This document shows positions 48,627-58,149 of a stretch of DNA of 64,000 bases, in pieces. This DNA is from Lachnospiraceae bacterium (lineage in GTDB: Bacteria; Bacillota; Clostridia; Lachnospirales; Lachnospiraceae), in contig JAFXEW010000035.1 in the NCBI GenBank assembly GCA_017513625.1, positions 544-64,543 on the forward strand, read 5' to 3'. Every line of letters starts with the position of its first letter. The first letter of the stretch is position 1. The notes under the pieces are model-generated. The model was not told the origin of the DNA, did not search any database, and worked only from the letters and a program-made list of their open reading frames with translations. A program made the translations under genes and the position numbers.

Positions 48627-49772
48627 GACTCCGAATATGGCCATGAAGGTACCGGCTGCTACTGCGGTACCGATAACACCTGCTACGTTAGGTCCCATAG
48701 CATGCATGAGCAGGAAGTTGGTAGGATCAGCTTCTGCACCAACCTTCTGGGATACACGGGCTGCCATAGGAACTGCGGATACACCTGCGGAACCGATAAG
48801 AGGATTAACCTTACCCTTGGTAAGAACACACATAAGCTTACCAAACAGTGTTCCCGCTGCTGTACCGAACATAAATGCAATCAGACCAAGTGCTACAATC
48901 TTTAATGTATCCAGATTTAAGAATGCTTCTGCACTGGTTGTTGCACCTACGGAAGTACCCAGCAGAATAACAACAATATACATCAGTGCATTGGAAGCGG
49001 TATCTGTCAGCTGACGAACCACACCGGATTCTCTGAACAGGTTACCAAGCATCAGCATACCAACCAAAGGAACGGTGGTAGGCAGAATAAGTCCTACTAC
49101 AATGGTAACAACGATAGGGAAAAGAATCTTCTCCAGCTTAGATACGGGACGAAGCTGGCTCATCTTAATCTTTCTTTCCTTCTCAGTGGTAAACAGCTTC
49201 ATAATAGGGGGCTGGATAATGGGTACCAGTGACATATAGGAGTACGCTGCTACCGCGATAGGACCCATGATAGCCGTCTGTCCCAGCTTACTTGCCAGGA
49301 AGATGGATGTAGGACCGTCCGCACCACCGATAATGGAAATAGCTGCTGCAGCCATATCGTTAAATCCTAAGCCGATTGCACCGAAATATGCCGCAAAAAT
49401 ACCAAACTGTGCTGCTGCACCAAGTAAAAAGCTCCTAGGATTGGCAATCAGGGGACCGAAGTCGGTCATCGCGCCTACACCCATGAAAATCAGGGAAGGA
49501 AGGATTGCCCATTCATCCAAAATATAGAAATAATACAGTAAGCCGCCCACACCGTTTGCTGCATCTTCTGCGTGAAGCATAATATCAGGATAGATGTTTA
49601 CCAGCAGCATACCGAATGCTATCGGGGTTAAAAGCAGAGGCTCAAAACCATGACGGATAGCTAAGTAAAGAAATACGCAGGCAACTGCAATCATAACATA
49701 ATTTCCCCAGGTCAGACTGAAGAACGCTGTCTGATGAAGCAGGTTGTCTAGCGTTGTAATTATATAATCCAT
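48621..49772 (-). CDS. oadB: Na+-translocating decarboxylase beta subunit
   Basis: [46 protein letters not shown]. Confidence 0.92.
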   Translation of the reverse strand: MDYIITTLDNLLHQTAFFSLTWGNYVMIAVACVFLYLAIRHGFEPLLLTPIAFGMLLVNIYPDIMLHAEDAANGVGGLLYYFYILDEWAILPSLIFMGVGAMTDFGPLIANPRSFLLGAAAQFGIFAAYFGAIGLGFNDMAAAAISIIGGADGPTSIFLASKLGQTAIMGPIAVAAYSYMSLVPIIQPPIMKLFTTEKERKIKMSQLRPVSKLEKILFPIVVTIVVGLILPTTVPLVGMLMLGNLFRESGVVRQLTDTASNALMYIVVILLGTSVGATTSAEAFLNLDTLKIVALGLIAFMFGTAAGTLFGKLMCVLTKGKVNPLIGSAGVSAVPMAARVSQKVGAEADPTNFLLMHAMGPNVAGVIGTAVAAGTFMAIFGVF

Positions 49773-49812
49773 TTGTTGACCTCCTGTTGTAGTTTTCGGT
49801 TACTACACCTTA

Positions 49813-50187
49813 TTATTTTAAGGTTGCAAGTACAGCACCGGCTTCAACAGCGTCACCAACTGCTACATCAATGCTTGCAACAGTACCATCTTCGGGAGCA
49901 ACAACAGGAATTTCCATCTTCATTGCTTCCAGAATGATAACTGCATCGCCCTTCTTAACCGCCTGACCAACAGATGCCTCAATCTTGAAAATCTTACCTG
50001 CTGCACCTGCTTCTACTTTAACAGAACCTGCTGCGCCGCTTGCTGCGGGAGCTGCTGCGGGAGCTGCCTTGGGTGCTGCCTTAGGAGCTGCGGGAGCCTT
50101 TGCTGCTACGGGAGCACCTGTAGATGCACCTTCTTCTACAACTACATCATATACATTGCCATTAACTGTAATGGTATAATTTTTCAT
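49813..50187 (-). CDS. Biotin carboxyl carrier subunit
   Basis: EAMKM biotinylation motif, Ala/Pro/Lys linker; GGAGG before ATG 50187. Confidence 0.9.
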   Translation of the reverse strand: MKNYTITVNGNVYDVVVEEGASTGAPVAAKAPAAPKAAPKAAPAAAPAASGAAGSVKVEAGAAGKIFKIEASVGQAVKKGDAVIILEAMKMEIPVVAPEDGTVASIDVAVGDAVEAGAVLATLK

Positions 50188-50224
50188 TTTAAATTCCTCC
50201 ATGTAAATATATTATCAATAACTC

Positions 50225-51025
50225 TTAACGTCTTGCCTTACGAATGGAACGTACTACGAAACCATCTGTAGAAGCGGACCCCTCATATGCAGCCACTGCA
50301 GCGGCAATTACAGCCACCAGCTCCAGGTCATCAGCAAGCTCTTCGCTCTCCTGCTGTTCAATCTGCGCAACTGCGTTATCAATGCCGGTCGTTTCAACCT
50401 TTTTCTCTTTTCTTTCATCAAACCACTTCTGTACCTTAGGAATCAGGCCAAATGCTGAAATCACAAAAATTATCAGAATCAGAACACCGAATACGGTACC
50501 CATACCGATTAAAGTATTCAGTGCCGCCTTTTTCATTAAATCTCCCATAGATTCAACAGGATTAAGAGCGGCGGACTCCAGCTTCAAAAAACTGTCCTTA
50601 GATAAGATTAATTCTGCAATTGCATCCTTTTTCTCACCCTTAATCTGAACCTGAACTATAATCTGATCACCGTCTATGGTTGCTGTAGCATCGCCGATAC
50701 TCTCCGTAGTCACGGCACCGATCACATCAATTGCGGAATTAAAAGAATTCAATGCGCTTACAAATGCATAACCATCCAAATAAACAGGTAATTCATCACT
50801 GGATTCATAGAAAAATTCAATTTCCTCATATGTAAATGCTTCAACCTGCTCCAATAAAGCATCCTGAGAATTTGCAACACACATGGGAATGAGGTAAGAT
50901 TTGGAAAATGCCATTGCATCATCCATCAACATCTGATCACGTGCGGAAACATCTGCTTCACTTCCACAGCCTGTCAGACCTAAGATACAGGTAATCATAC
51001 ATATTAAAGCTAATAATTTCTTCAT
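50225..51025 (-). CDS. OadG/MmdD-like subunit fused to an N-terminal lipoprotein domain
   Basis: Lipobox LTGC at residue 20; C-terminal GMGTVF.VL TM and ELVAVIAAAVAAY...FVVRSI. Confidence 0.8.
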   Translation of the reverse strand: MKKLLALICMITCILGLTGCGSEADVSARDQMLMDDAMAFSKSYLIPMCVANSQDALLEQVEAFTYEEIEFFYESSDELPVYLDGYAFVSALNSFNSAIDVIGAVTTESIGDATATIDGDQIIVQVQIKGEKKDAIAELILSKDSFLKLESAALNPVESMGDLMKKAALNTLIGMGTVFGVLILIIFVISAFGLIPKVQKWFDERKEKKVETTGIDNAVAQIEQQESEELADDLELVAVIAAAVAAYEGSASTDGFVVRSIRKARR

Positions 51026-51043
51026 TTTATAATCACCTTTCTA

Positions 51044-52474
51044 TTAAACTGTTCCGTGCTTTTTGTCAGGACGGCATTCACTCTTTGTGAATAACATCTC
51101 AAATGCGCCGATAACATATTTTCTGGTATCAGCCGCATCAACGATCTGGTCCACATATCCTCTCTTAGCAGCACTTAATGCATTTAACTGCAGTGCTTCA
51201 TATTCAGCAGCCTTTTCATTGATTACATCTGCGCCCTGGCCTTCATACATAATCATGGCAGCCATCTTACTGTCCATGGTTCCGATGGAAGCATTAGGCC
51301 ATGCAATAGTGATGTCTGCACCGATGGACTTGGAGTTCATAGCAATATATGCACTTCCGTAAGCCTTACCGATGATAACGTTTACCTTGGGAACAGTTGC
51401 ATTAGCAAATGCATATGTGAGCTTTGCCGCAGCCTTTGCAATGCCCTTTTCAGAGCAAACAGTTGCTTCAAAACCGGTTACATTTGTCAGGGAAAGTACG
51501 GGAATATTGAAAGCATCACAGAAGTTTATAAACTCAGCTGCCTTGTCACATCCCTTTTTGGTAAGAACTGCATCCATCTTTTCAGCAGTCTTGCCTTCTT
51601 CATCATAAATCTCACAACGGTTAGCCACACATCCGATGGTTACACCGTTTAAACGGATAAAGCCTGTTACCATTTCCTTGGCATAATCAGCCTTAACCTC
51701 ATAAAAATCATTGTTATCAGCCAAAACGGAAAGTGCCACTGCAGTATCGCCTACACAATTAGCCAGGTCTGCACATACACGATTCAAATCATCGGTGCAC
51801 TCTTCGTTCATCTTGTAATCTTCATTATTGGAAGGCAGGAAAGAAACCAGTTCTCTCATCTTTGCAATGATAGTTGCCTCATCGCCAACTACATCCACAT
51901 TACCGCATTCCTTTGCCTGGAAGTCAGCACCTGCAGTATTGCACTTTTCTGCAGTATTACCTGCCAGAGCATTGGGTGCATTAACAAATAACTTTGCATT
52001 CTTTTCTTCCATAAAAGTAAAATCTGTAAGGGTAGGGAATAATCCCAAACCGCCGCCACAGGTTCCAAAGATTGCAGTAATCTGAGGAATCACACCGGAT
52101 GCCTGGGTCTGCTTGTTATAAATATAACCAAATGCAGCCAATGCGTCGGTCGCCTCCTGTAATCTTAAGCCGGCAGACTCAATCAAACCGATTACGGGTG
52201 CACCGGTTTTCATTGCCAGATTATAAAGATTGGTAATCTTCTTGGCATGCATCTCACCGATGGTTCCGTTCATTACGGAAGCATCCTGACTGTATACATA
52301 CACAAGATTACCGTCAATCACTCCATAACCGGTAATACAACCGTCGGATGGAGTTTCGTTAGGTTTCATATTGAAATCTGTAGCTCTTGCAGTTACAAGA
52401 CCGCCGATTTCAACGAAACTGTTGTCGTCGAGCAGAGCCGCAATTCTCTGGCTCGCTTTTGAAGTAGTACTCAT
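51044..52474 (-). CDS. Acyl-CoA carboxyltransferase (MmdA / transcarboxylase 12S-like)
   Basis: DG.ITGYG, GLRLQEA, SGVIPQI, FCDAFNIP, KAYG.AY, C-terminal KKHG. Confidence 0.85.
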   Translation of the reverse strand: MSTTSKASQRIAALLDDNSFVEIGGLVTARATDFNMKPNETPSDGCITGYGVIDGNLVYVYSQDASVMNGTIGEMHAKKITNLYNLAMKTGAPVIGLIESAGLRLQEATDALAAFGYIYNKQTQASGVIPQITAIFGTCGGGLGLFPTLTDFTFMEEKNAKLFVNAPNALAGNTAEKCNTAGADFQAKECGNVDVVGDEATIIAKMRELVSFLPSNNEDYKMNEECTDDLNRVCADLANCVGDTAVALSVLADNNDFYEVKADYAKEMVTGFIRLNGVTIGCVANRCEIYDEEGKTAEKMDAVLTKKGCDKAAEFINFCDAFNIPVLSLTNVTGFEATVCSEKGIAKAAAKLTYAFANATVPKVNVIIGKAYGSAYIAMNSKSIGADITIAWPNASIGTMDSKMAAMIMYEGQGADVINEKAAEYEALQLNALSAAKRGYVDQIVDAADTRKYVIGAFEMLFTKSECRPDKKHGTV

Positions 52475-52580
52475 GCTTTCAGCCCTCCATGTATAATAAA
52501 AAAATAATAACAGATTAACTTGGGTTTTGCTTATAAACGCAAATTACCCCATGATTAAATTGTCCGTTACAGTATAGCAT

Positions 52581-52618
52581 AAAAAGTGCAACTCGCAAAG
52601 CAAAAGTTACACTTTTTT
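52581..52618. terminator. Terminator after dacB, overlapping the decarboxylase operon promoter
   Basis: AAAAAGTGCAACT/AGTTACACTTTTT arms; a minus-strand TTGCGA...TG.TATACT overlaps them. Confidence 0.55.
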
Positions 52619-52680
52619 CAAATTTTACCGTTTCTTAACTTACAATGTAAATAAATCACTTATATAGTATCGCAATACCG

Positions 52681-54054
52681 TTAATTCAGATTTGAATTCA
52701 TACCGCAAAACAACTCCGTAATTCTGGTCAAACACCATTTATAATCAATACAATCTATATCCTGATTTATTACCACACTTTCTGTCTTAATTAATTCTTC
52801 TCCCAAAAAGTACCTGATTTCTCCTACCTTCTTCCCCTGTCTGACCGGTGCTTCAAGCTCTCCGATAAGATCTGTTTCTACCCTGATACTCTCCTCCGGC
52901 TTTATCAAAATCCCTTCATACTCGGGTGTAAGTCCTTCCTTCCGTTCCGGTGTAACATACGTTCCATAAGACCAATCATCCGACACCCCGTTTTTTATAT
53001 ATACCTCGGACAGTTCATCTCCTTCATACATAAAAACATCATCATCCGTCCTCAGATATGTAAAATTTCCCAGGCCGTACTCCATAAGCTTACGGGTATC
53101 ACTCCATTTATAATTTTTATTATTTGGCCAGCCACATGCAAGTAATGCCACTATCAGCTTACGTTCTCCCTTCTCTAAGGCTCCTACATAACAATATCCC
53201 GCATTTCCGGTAAAACCTGTCTTGCCGCTGACAGCACCATCCATCATATTCAGAAACTGATTATGATTTGATAAACAAAAGCTTCTGCCGTTTGCAGTAA
53301 AACTATAATTTCCCCGTCCTGTTATTTCCAGAAATTCGGTTTTTCTATCAGATTCCCATGTGCAGTATTTCATCACGCGCGCCAATTCATATGCAGTAGT
53401 TGAATGTGTTTTCGTCACCGTCTCTCCATTTTCTTCCCATTGCTGTGTTGCATCCAGGCCGTTAGGTGTTATATACCATGTATTATTACATCCTAATTCC
53501 TTTGCCTTTTCATTCATGAGATTTGCAAAAGCCGCCATCGCAAGTTTACTTTCTTCCGCGGCTCTTTCTTCCGGAGCTTCAGCAATCTCTCCGCTGCCCA
53601 AAAGCCCGGCTCCCACATGTTCTGCCAGCACTACTGCCGTATCGTTATGGGATTCCAACATCAGGGAATACAAAAGGTCCGAAACCTTATAACTTTCTCC
53701 CTTCCGCATATTTAATTTCACAGCGGGCATTCCGGCAGCATAAGACGACACCTTAACTGTTTCATTCACATCCGCATGTTCCAGAACCAATATGCAGGTC
53801 ATAATCTTTGTAGTACTGGCCATGGGCAATTGTACATCCTCATTTTTACCCAAGAGAATCCTTCCGGACTCCCCATCCATTAAAACCGCCGCTTTGGCAT
53901 ATAATTGATCTTGTTCTATCAGTCCAGAGGCCCATACCCTGGCAGCATCCTTTTCATTTGTTACATATCTGCCCCGCGTATATGCCAGCCCCAGACATAA
54001 CATACACACCAGAAATATTTTTAAAAGCACTTTCTTCATATCTGAATATTCCAT
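52681..54054 (-). CDS. dacB: D-Ala-D-Ala carboxypeptidase (S11), sporulation DacB-like
   Basis: ASTTK, SHN, GKTG; downstream of scpB as in Bacillus; sigmaE-like promoter. Start uncertain (54039, 54054 or 54069). Confidence 0.75.
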   Translation of the reverse strand: MEYSDMKKVLLKIFLVCMLCLGLAYTRGRYVTNEKDAARVWASGLIEQDQLYAKAAVLMDGESGRILLGKNEDVQLPMASTTKIMTCILVLEHADVNETVKVSSYAAGMPAVKLNMRKGESYKVSDLLYSLMLESHNDTAVVLAEHVGAGLLGSGEIAEAPEERAAEESKLAMAAFANLMNEKAKELGCNNTWYITPNGLDATQQWEENGETVTKTHSTTAYELARVMKYCTWESDRKTEFLEITGRGNYSFTANGRSFCLSNHNQFLNMMDGAVSGKTGFTGNAGYCYVGALEKGERKLIVALLACGWPNNKNYKWSDTRKLMEYGLGNFTYLRTDDDVFMYEGDELSEVYIKNGVSDDWSYGTYVTPERKEGLTPEYEGILIKPEESIRVETDLIGELEAPVRQGKKVGEIRYFLGEELIKTESVVINQDIDCIDYKWCLTRITELFCGMNSNLN

Positions 54055-54069
54055 TTTTCTATTCTTCAA

Positions 54070-54116
54070 AAGATATGAAAAAAACCTCGCCGAAATGACT
54101 AAATCATCGGCGAAGT
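54070..54116 (-). promoter_or_regulatory. scpB terminator overlapping a candidate sigmaE promoter for dacB
   Basis: ACTTCGCCGA/TCGGCGAGGT stem with T7; cATttc-N14-CATAtctT. Confidence 0.6.
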
Positions 54117-54124
54117 CCTATGTA

Positions 54125-54694
54125 TTATATATCCAGTTTTAATTGTACCTCTGCTTCGGCCTGTTGTTTAAACTCCTCAAGCACCACAGGATTAAATTCC
54201 GGCAGTTCATCCAGGCTTTTTACGCCAAAACTTCGTAAAAACTGCTCCGTAGTACCAAAAAGAAGGGGTCTGCCCGGTGCATCCAGTCTGCCCAGTTCGG
54301 TAATCAAATCATACTCAAGCAGCTTATTAATGGCATGGTCACAGCTTACGCCCCTTACCTTTTCGATTTCAATTCTGGTAACAGGTTGCTTATAAGCAAT
54401 AATGGACAAGGTCTCCAGAACCGTTTCGGTCAAAGTAATTTTTCTGGGCGCCTTGGCTATCTTTATCAGATATTCATACATCTCGGATTTGGTACAAAGC
54501 TGTACTGCATCATCCAACCAAATCAGATTAATACCGCTTTCTTCTTTATCATAATCTGTTGCCATTTCTTTTAATATGCTTTTTACCGTTCTCACATCCA
54601 ATTCCACAACGGATGCCAGTCTGCTCACTTCTACGGATTCCCCCATCGTAAAAAGAATCCCTTCTATAATCCCGCGGGCTTTTGCCTTATCCAT
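54125..54694 (-). CDS. scpB: Segregation and condensation protein B
   Basis: LETLSIIAYKQPVTR.EIE..RGV, GRP.LFGTT..FL. Confidence 0.95.
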   Translation of the reverse strand: MDKAKARGIIEGILFTMGESVEVSRLASVVELDVRTVKSILKEMATDYDKEESGINLIWLDDAVQLCTKSEMYEYLIKIAKAPRKITLTETVLETLSIIAYKQPVTRIEIEKVRGVSCDHAINKLLEYDLITELGRLDAPGRPLLFGTTEQFLRSFGVKSLDELPEFNPVVLEEFKQQAEAEVQLKLDI

Positions 54695-54713
54695 ATGTAT
54701 CCAACCTCTTTCT

Positions 54714-55463
54714 TTAATCCTGATTACATGCCTCTATCATGATGTCACCGAAAATCTCTTCCTGGGAAATGGTTATTTTACCCACCTTCATCATTTCCAG
54801 CATAATCAGAAATGTAACAATTACTTCCATCCTGCTTTTTTCACGTTCTAAAAGCTTACGGAAGCTGACCTTACGATGCTCTGAAATATACGCCTCCACA
54901 AAAAGGGCCTTAGCTTCCATGTCAATTTCTTCTTTTTCTATCTTACCGTATTTACTACGGATAGGGTCTATTTTGTCTTCCTGTCTTCGGATTACACTGC
55001 GGAAAATCTCTTGCAATTTAACCAGTGTGGTGTCACCTATCAGTTCTTCATAATCTAGCGGCGGTCTATATGCAGCCACCTCTTCCGGAAGCTTCTGCTC
55101 ACGGAACAAATTACGGGAAGCATCTACCTGTCTGTCCCTTAATTCCATGGACATATATTTATACATCTTATATTCAAGCAGCTTCTGTACCAGTTCTGCT
55201 CTGGGATCTTCCTCTTCCCCTTCTTCATTTACTTCTTTGGGAAGCAGCATCCTGCATTTGATATCTATCAAAGTGGCCGCCATAACCAGAAACTCACTCA
55301 TGATATTCATATCACGCTCTTCCATCTGCTTGATATAATCCAGATACTGTTGGGTAATCTCTACAATAGGAATATCATATATATCTACTTTGTTTTTATC
55401 AATCAAGTGTAAAAGCAGGTCCAAAGGGCCTTCAAACACTTCCAGTTTAACAGGTATCGCCAT
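54714..55463 (-). CDS. scpA: Segregation and condensation protein A
   Basis: FEGPLDLLLHLI, FLVMAATL, DPR.ELV. Confidence 0.95.
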   Translation of the reverse strand: MAIPVKLEVFEGPLDLLLHLIDKNKVDIYDIPIVEITQQYLDYIKQMEERDMNIMSEFLVMAATLIDIKCRMLLPKEVNEEGEEEDPRAELVQKLLEYKMYKYMSMELRDRQVDASRNLFREQKLPEEVAAYRPPLDYEELIGDTTLVKLQEIFRSVIRRQEDKIDPIRSKYGKIEKEEIDMEAKALFVEAYISEHRKVSFRKLLEREKSRMEVIVTFLIMLEMMKVGKITISQEEIFGDIMIEACNQD

Positions 55464-55464
55464 A

Positions 55465-56337
55465 TTATGCCTGCCTCTCCTCTTTCGATTTTAGTTCTAT
55501 TACCACCATTTCGCAGGGATTAAACAGCCTCACCGGAATGGTATGCACACCCAAGCCTCTGCTGAGAATCATCTTTTTCCCACTCTCATCAAAGAGTCCG
55601 CCGTCATATTTAGGGAAAAAGGATACCTTGGGAGACACGACACCACGTCTCCAGAAAGGCACTCTGACCATACCGCCGTGGACATGGCCTGATAAAGTCA
55701 GATCAGCCCCCCATGCTGCGTATAAAGGAAAGTATTCCGGATTATGTGCCAGAAGGATGTGATAAACGCCTTCCTCGGGCCGGCCAAGGAGAGCCTCCAT
55801 ATAATCCTCCTCCATTTGTATATTTTCCATGCGTTTATAAAATTTTTTATCAATCATGGCCCCGTGAACCCTGATATTATATGCTTCCAGAATATCCGAG
55901 GTATTCTGTAGCCATTTAAGCCCATCCCCGGAAACCGCGTGCTGATACTCACGGATTGCATTACCAAACTGCTCCGGATAAAGAGCCATCCGGTACTCAT
56001 GATTGCCGTCTGCATAATAAACAGGATATTTAGCTTTTATACGGTTCATAAATTCAGCCACGTGTGTCATATCCTTCTTTTTACCGGCAGTAATCATATC
56101 TCCGGCCACCATAATTACATCCGGCTTCTGACTGTCTATCGCCTGTTCCAGCAAAGAATTATCCTTGCCGAAACTGTTTCCGTGCAAATCTGCAAGAAGA
56201 ACTATCTTGCAGGACTTCTTTATTTTTTCAGCCGGTAATACATAAGTACAGGTTACAAACCTGCCCGTATCATATAAAATCTGCCAAAACAGATAAATCC
56301 CTATGATAAACATTATCAACAACAAAATATCTGCCAT
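55465..56337 (-). CDS. Calcineurin-like metallophosphoesterase (YkuE-like)
   Basis: DLH, GD, GNHE, LAHNP, SGHVHGG, SRGLG. Confidence 0.88.
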   Translation of the reverse strand: MADILLLIMFIIGIYLFWQILYDTGRFVTCTYVLPAEKIKKSCKIVLLADLHGNSFGKDNSLLEQAIDSQKPDVIMVAGDMITAGKKKDMTHVAEFMNRIKAKYPVYYADGNHEYRMALYPEQFGNAIREYQHAVSGDGLKWLQNTSDILEAYNIRVHGAMIDKKFYKRMENIQMEEDYMEALLGRPEEGVYHILLAHNPEYFPLYAAWGADLTLSGHVHGGMVRVPFWRRGVVSPKVSFFPKYDGGLFDESGKKMILSRGLGVHTIPVRLFNPCEMVVIELKSKEERQA

Positions 56338-56412
56338 TCTTCAGTCCTTCCTCATCCGGATTTCATCCTGATACACGGACAAAACTCCATGGGTAGTATA
56401 TCATACTTTCGG

Positions 56413-57603
56413 CTACTGCAAAAGGAAAAGTTGCAGGATTACTTTAAAACAATCACCATATCCTGCTTCTTCCACATTCTCTCCGTAAAGCACGGAAACT
56501 GCGCCCAAAAGTTTGCCATCCAGATAGTATTCCGCAACACCTGCAGCTTCACCTGCCTTTACAGGTGCACATACACTTTCAGGAAGTTTTACCTCTTTAG
56601 TAATTCCCGACAAATCCTTGCCTTCCGTATCCAGATACCGGAAACTGTCTTCATATCTGACAGAGGCATGCTCCTGCTTTCCCTGCTCTACCTTTACAGG
56701 CGGAAGTACATCCTTGTTTTCATCCTTATAGAGTCTCACCTTGGAAAAACCGTAATTTAAAATAACCTGCGCTTCCGAAAATCTGGTTTTACTGTCCGGA
56801 GCAGCCATAATTACTGCAATTAAATCGATTCCATCCTTGCTAGCCGAAGCCGAAAGACAATACTTTGCCTTGGAGGTAAAACCGGTTTTCAGTCCGGTTG
56901 CGTAGGGGTATTGCTTTAAAAGCTTATTGGTACTGCTGAGTCCGAAAACACTGCGCCCCTGCTTTGTTTCATGAACAATATCCTCCATCCAGATGCCGGA
57001 ATATTTCAAAATATCCGGATACTTATAAGTCAGCTCCCTGGACATTACAGCTACATCCTTTGCTGTAGTATAATGATTATCCGAATCTGTAAGTCCGCAG
57101 CAGTCCTCAAAATGGGTATCTGTCATACCAAGCTGCGACGCCTTCTCGTTCATCCTCTGTACAAAAGCCTCTTCACTGCCTGCAATATGCTCTGCCACCG
57201 CTACGCTGGCATCATTTCCTGAAGACACCACGATACATTTAATCATGGTTTCTAAAGTCTGTTCTTCTCCCTGAGCCAGATATACCTGCGAGCCCCCCAT
57301 ACTGCTGGCATGCTCACTTACAATCACTCTGTCATCTAAAGCCGCATCTCCTTTGGCTATGGCCTCAAAAGTCAGCAACAGTGTCATTATCTTGGTAATG
57401 CTGGCAGGACTTACTCTTTCCGTTGCATTCTTTTCATACACAATTTCTCCCGTACTGCTTTCCATCAAAACCACAGCATGGGACTGAATATTCAGTTCAT
57501 TTCCATCTGCAGCCATTACAGGCATTGATACCAAAAACATATACCCAATCATAATCCATGCAAAAAGTATCCTGCGTATTCGTTTCGTTTCGCCCAAAAT
57601 CAA
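56413..57603 (-). CDS. D-Ala-D-Ala carboxypeptidase (S11), DacF-like
   Basis: Signal peptide, PASITK, SGN, GLKTG. Confidence 0.88.
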   Translation of the reverse strand: MILGETKRIRRILFAWIMIGYMFLVSMPVMAADGNELNIQSHAVVLMESSTGEIVYEKNATERVSPASITKIMTLLLTFEAIAKGDAALDDRVIVSEHASSMGGSQVYLAQGEEQTLETMIKCIVVSSGNDASVAVAEHIAGSEEAFVQRMNEKASQLGMTDTHFEDCCGLTDSDNHYTTAKDVAVMSRELTYKYPDILKYSGIWMEDIVHETKQGRSVFGLSSTNKLLKQYPYATGLKTGFTSKAKYCLSASASKDGIDLIAVIMAAPDSKTRFSEAQVILNYGFSKVRLYKDENKDVLPPVKVEQGKQEHASVRYEDSFRYLDTEGKDLSGITKEVKLPESVCAPVKAGEAAGVAEYYLDGKLLGAVSVLYGENVEEAGYGDCFKVILQLFLLQ

Positions 57604-57806
57604 TTACTTCCCTCCCATAAGCCGGAACCCATCCGCCTATATGCTCTTTTACTATAATAGATATGGTCCAAATCATACTGATATGCGTATCACACCTGAT
57701 TGTACATATATAAATAGTACTTTTCTCGTGCACTTGCAGGTCCTTGGAGACTTCCCCCTGCCCCTTCTTAGACGGAAGTTCCCTTAACCCCCGAAGGTGC
57801 AAACAT

Positions 57807-57836
57807 AAAAAGTCCCCTGTCGATTGACAGAGGACT
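57807..57836 (-). terminator. rpsU terminator
   Basis: AGTCCTCTGTC/GACAGGGGACT stem with a T-run. Confidence 0.75.
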
Positions 57837-57848
57837 CTGACGTTTGAT

Positions 57849-58025
57849 TTAGTTATATTTACGCTTTCTAGCTGCTTCAGATTTTTTCTTACGCTTTACG
57901 CTAGGCTTCTCGTAGTGCTCTCTCTTACGAATCTCCTGCTGAATACCAGCCTTTGCACAACTTCTCTTAAAGCGACGTAATGCGCTATCTAAAGTCTCGT
58001 TTTCTTTTACGATTACGTTTGACAT
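57849..58025 (-). CDS. rpsU: 30S ribosomal protein S21
   Basis: Not in the ORF track (58 aa): [58 protein letters not shown]. Confidence 0.97.
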   Translation of the reverse strand: MSNVIVKENETLDSALRRFKRSCAKAGIQQEIRKREHYEKPSVKRKKKSEAARKRKYN

Positions 58026-58108
58026 GCTTACACCCGACCTCCCTTCAGTCCCTCTAGTATCATGACTGATTGGGTTAATATTATGTGTTGATTTTTACAC
58101 ACATTAGT

Positions 58109-58136
58109 ATTATATCACACTTTTATTATCCGTCAA
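58109..58136 (-). promoter_or_regulatory. sigmaA promoter of rpsU
   Basis: TTGACG-N16-TATAAT with TG extension. Confidence 0.65.
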
Positions 58137-58149
58137 CTACTTTTTTTAT

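Noticed and set aside
48498-48905. Plus-strand 135-aa ORF crossing the structured element
   Set aside because: It is antisense to oadB, has no RBS and shows no recognisable motifs.
50030-50125. GCTGCGGGAGC-type repeats
   Set aside because: These encode the ordinary Ala/Pro/Lys linker of the biotin carrier protein.
57655-57690. Sporulation sigma promoter for the DacF-like gene (GCATA...CATATCTA)
   Set aside because: The spacing fits neither sigmaF nor sigmaG cleanly and the sigmaE -10 is imperfect, so it is too ambiguous to call.
57497-57802. Minus-strand 101-aa ORF upstream of the DacF-like gene
   Set aside because: It starts inside the rpsU terminator tail with no RBS and overlaps the real gene out of frame.
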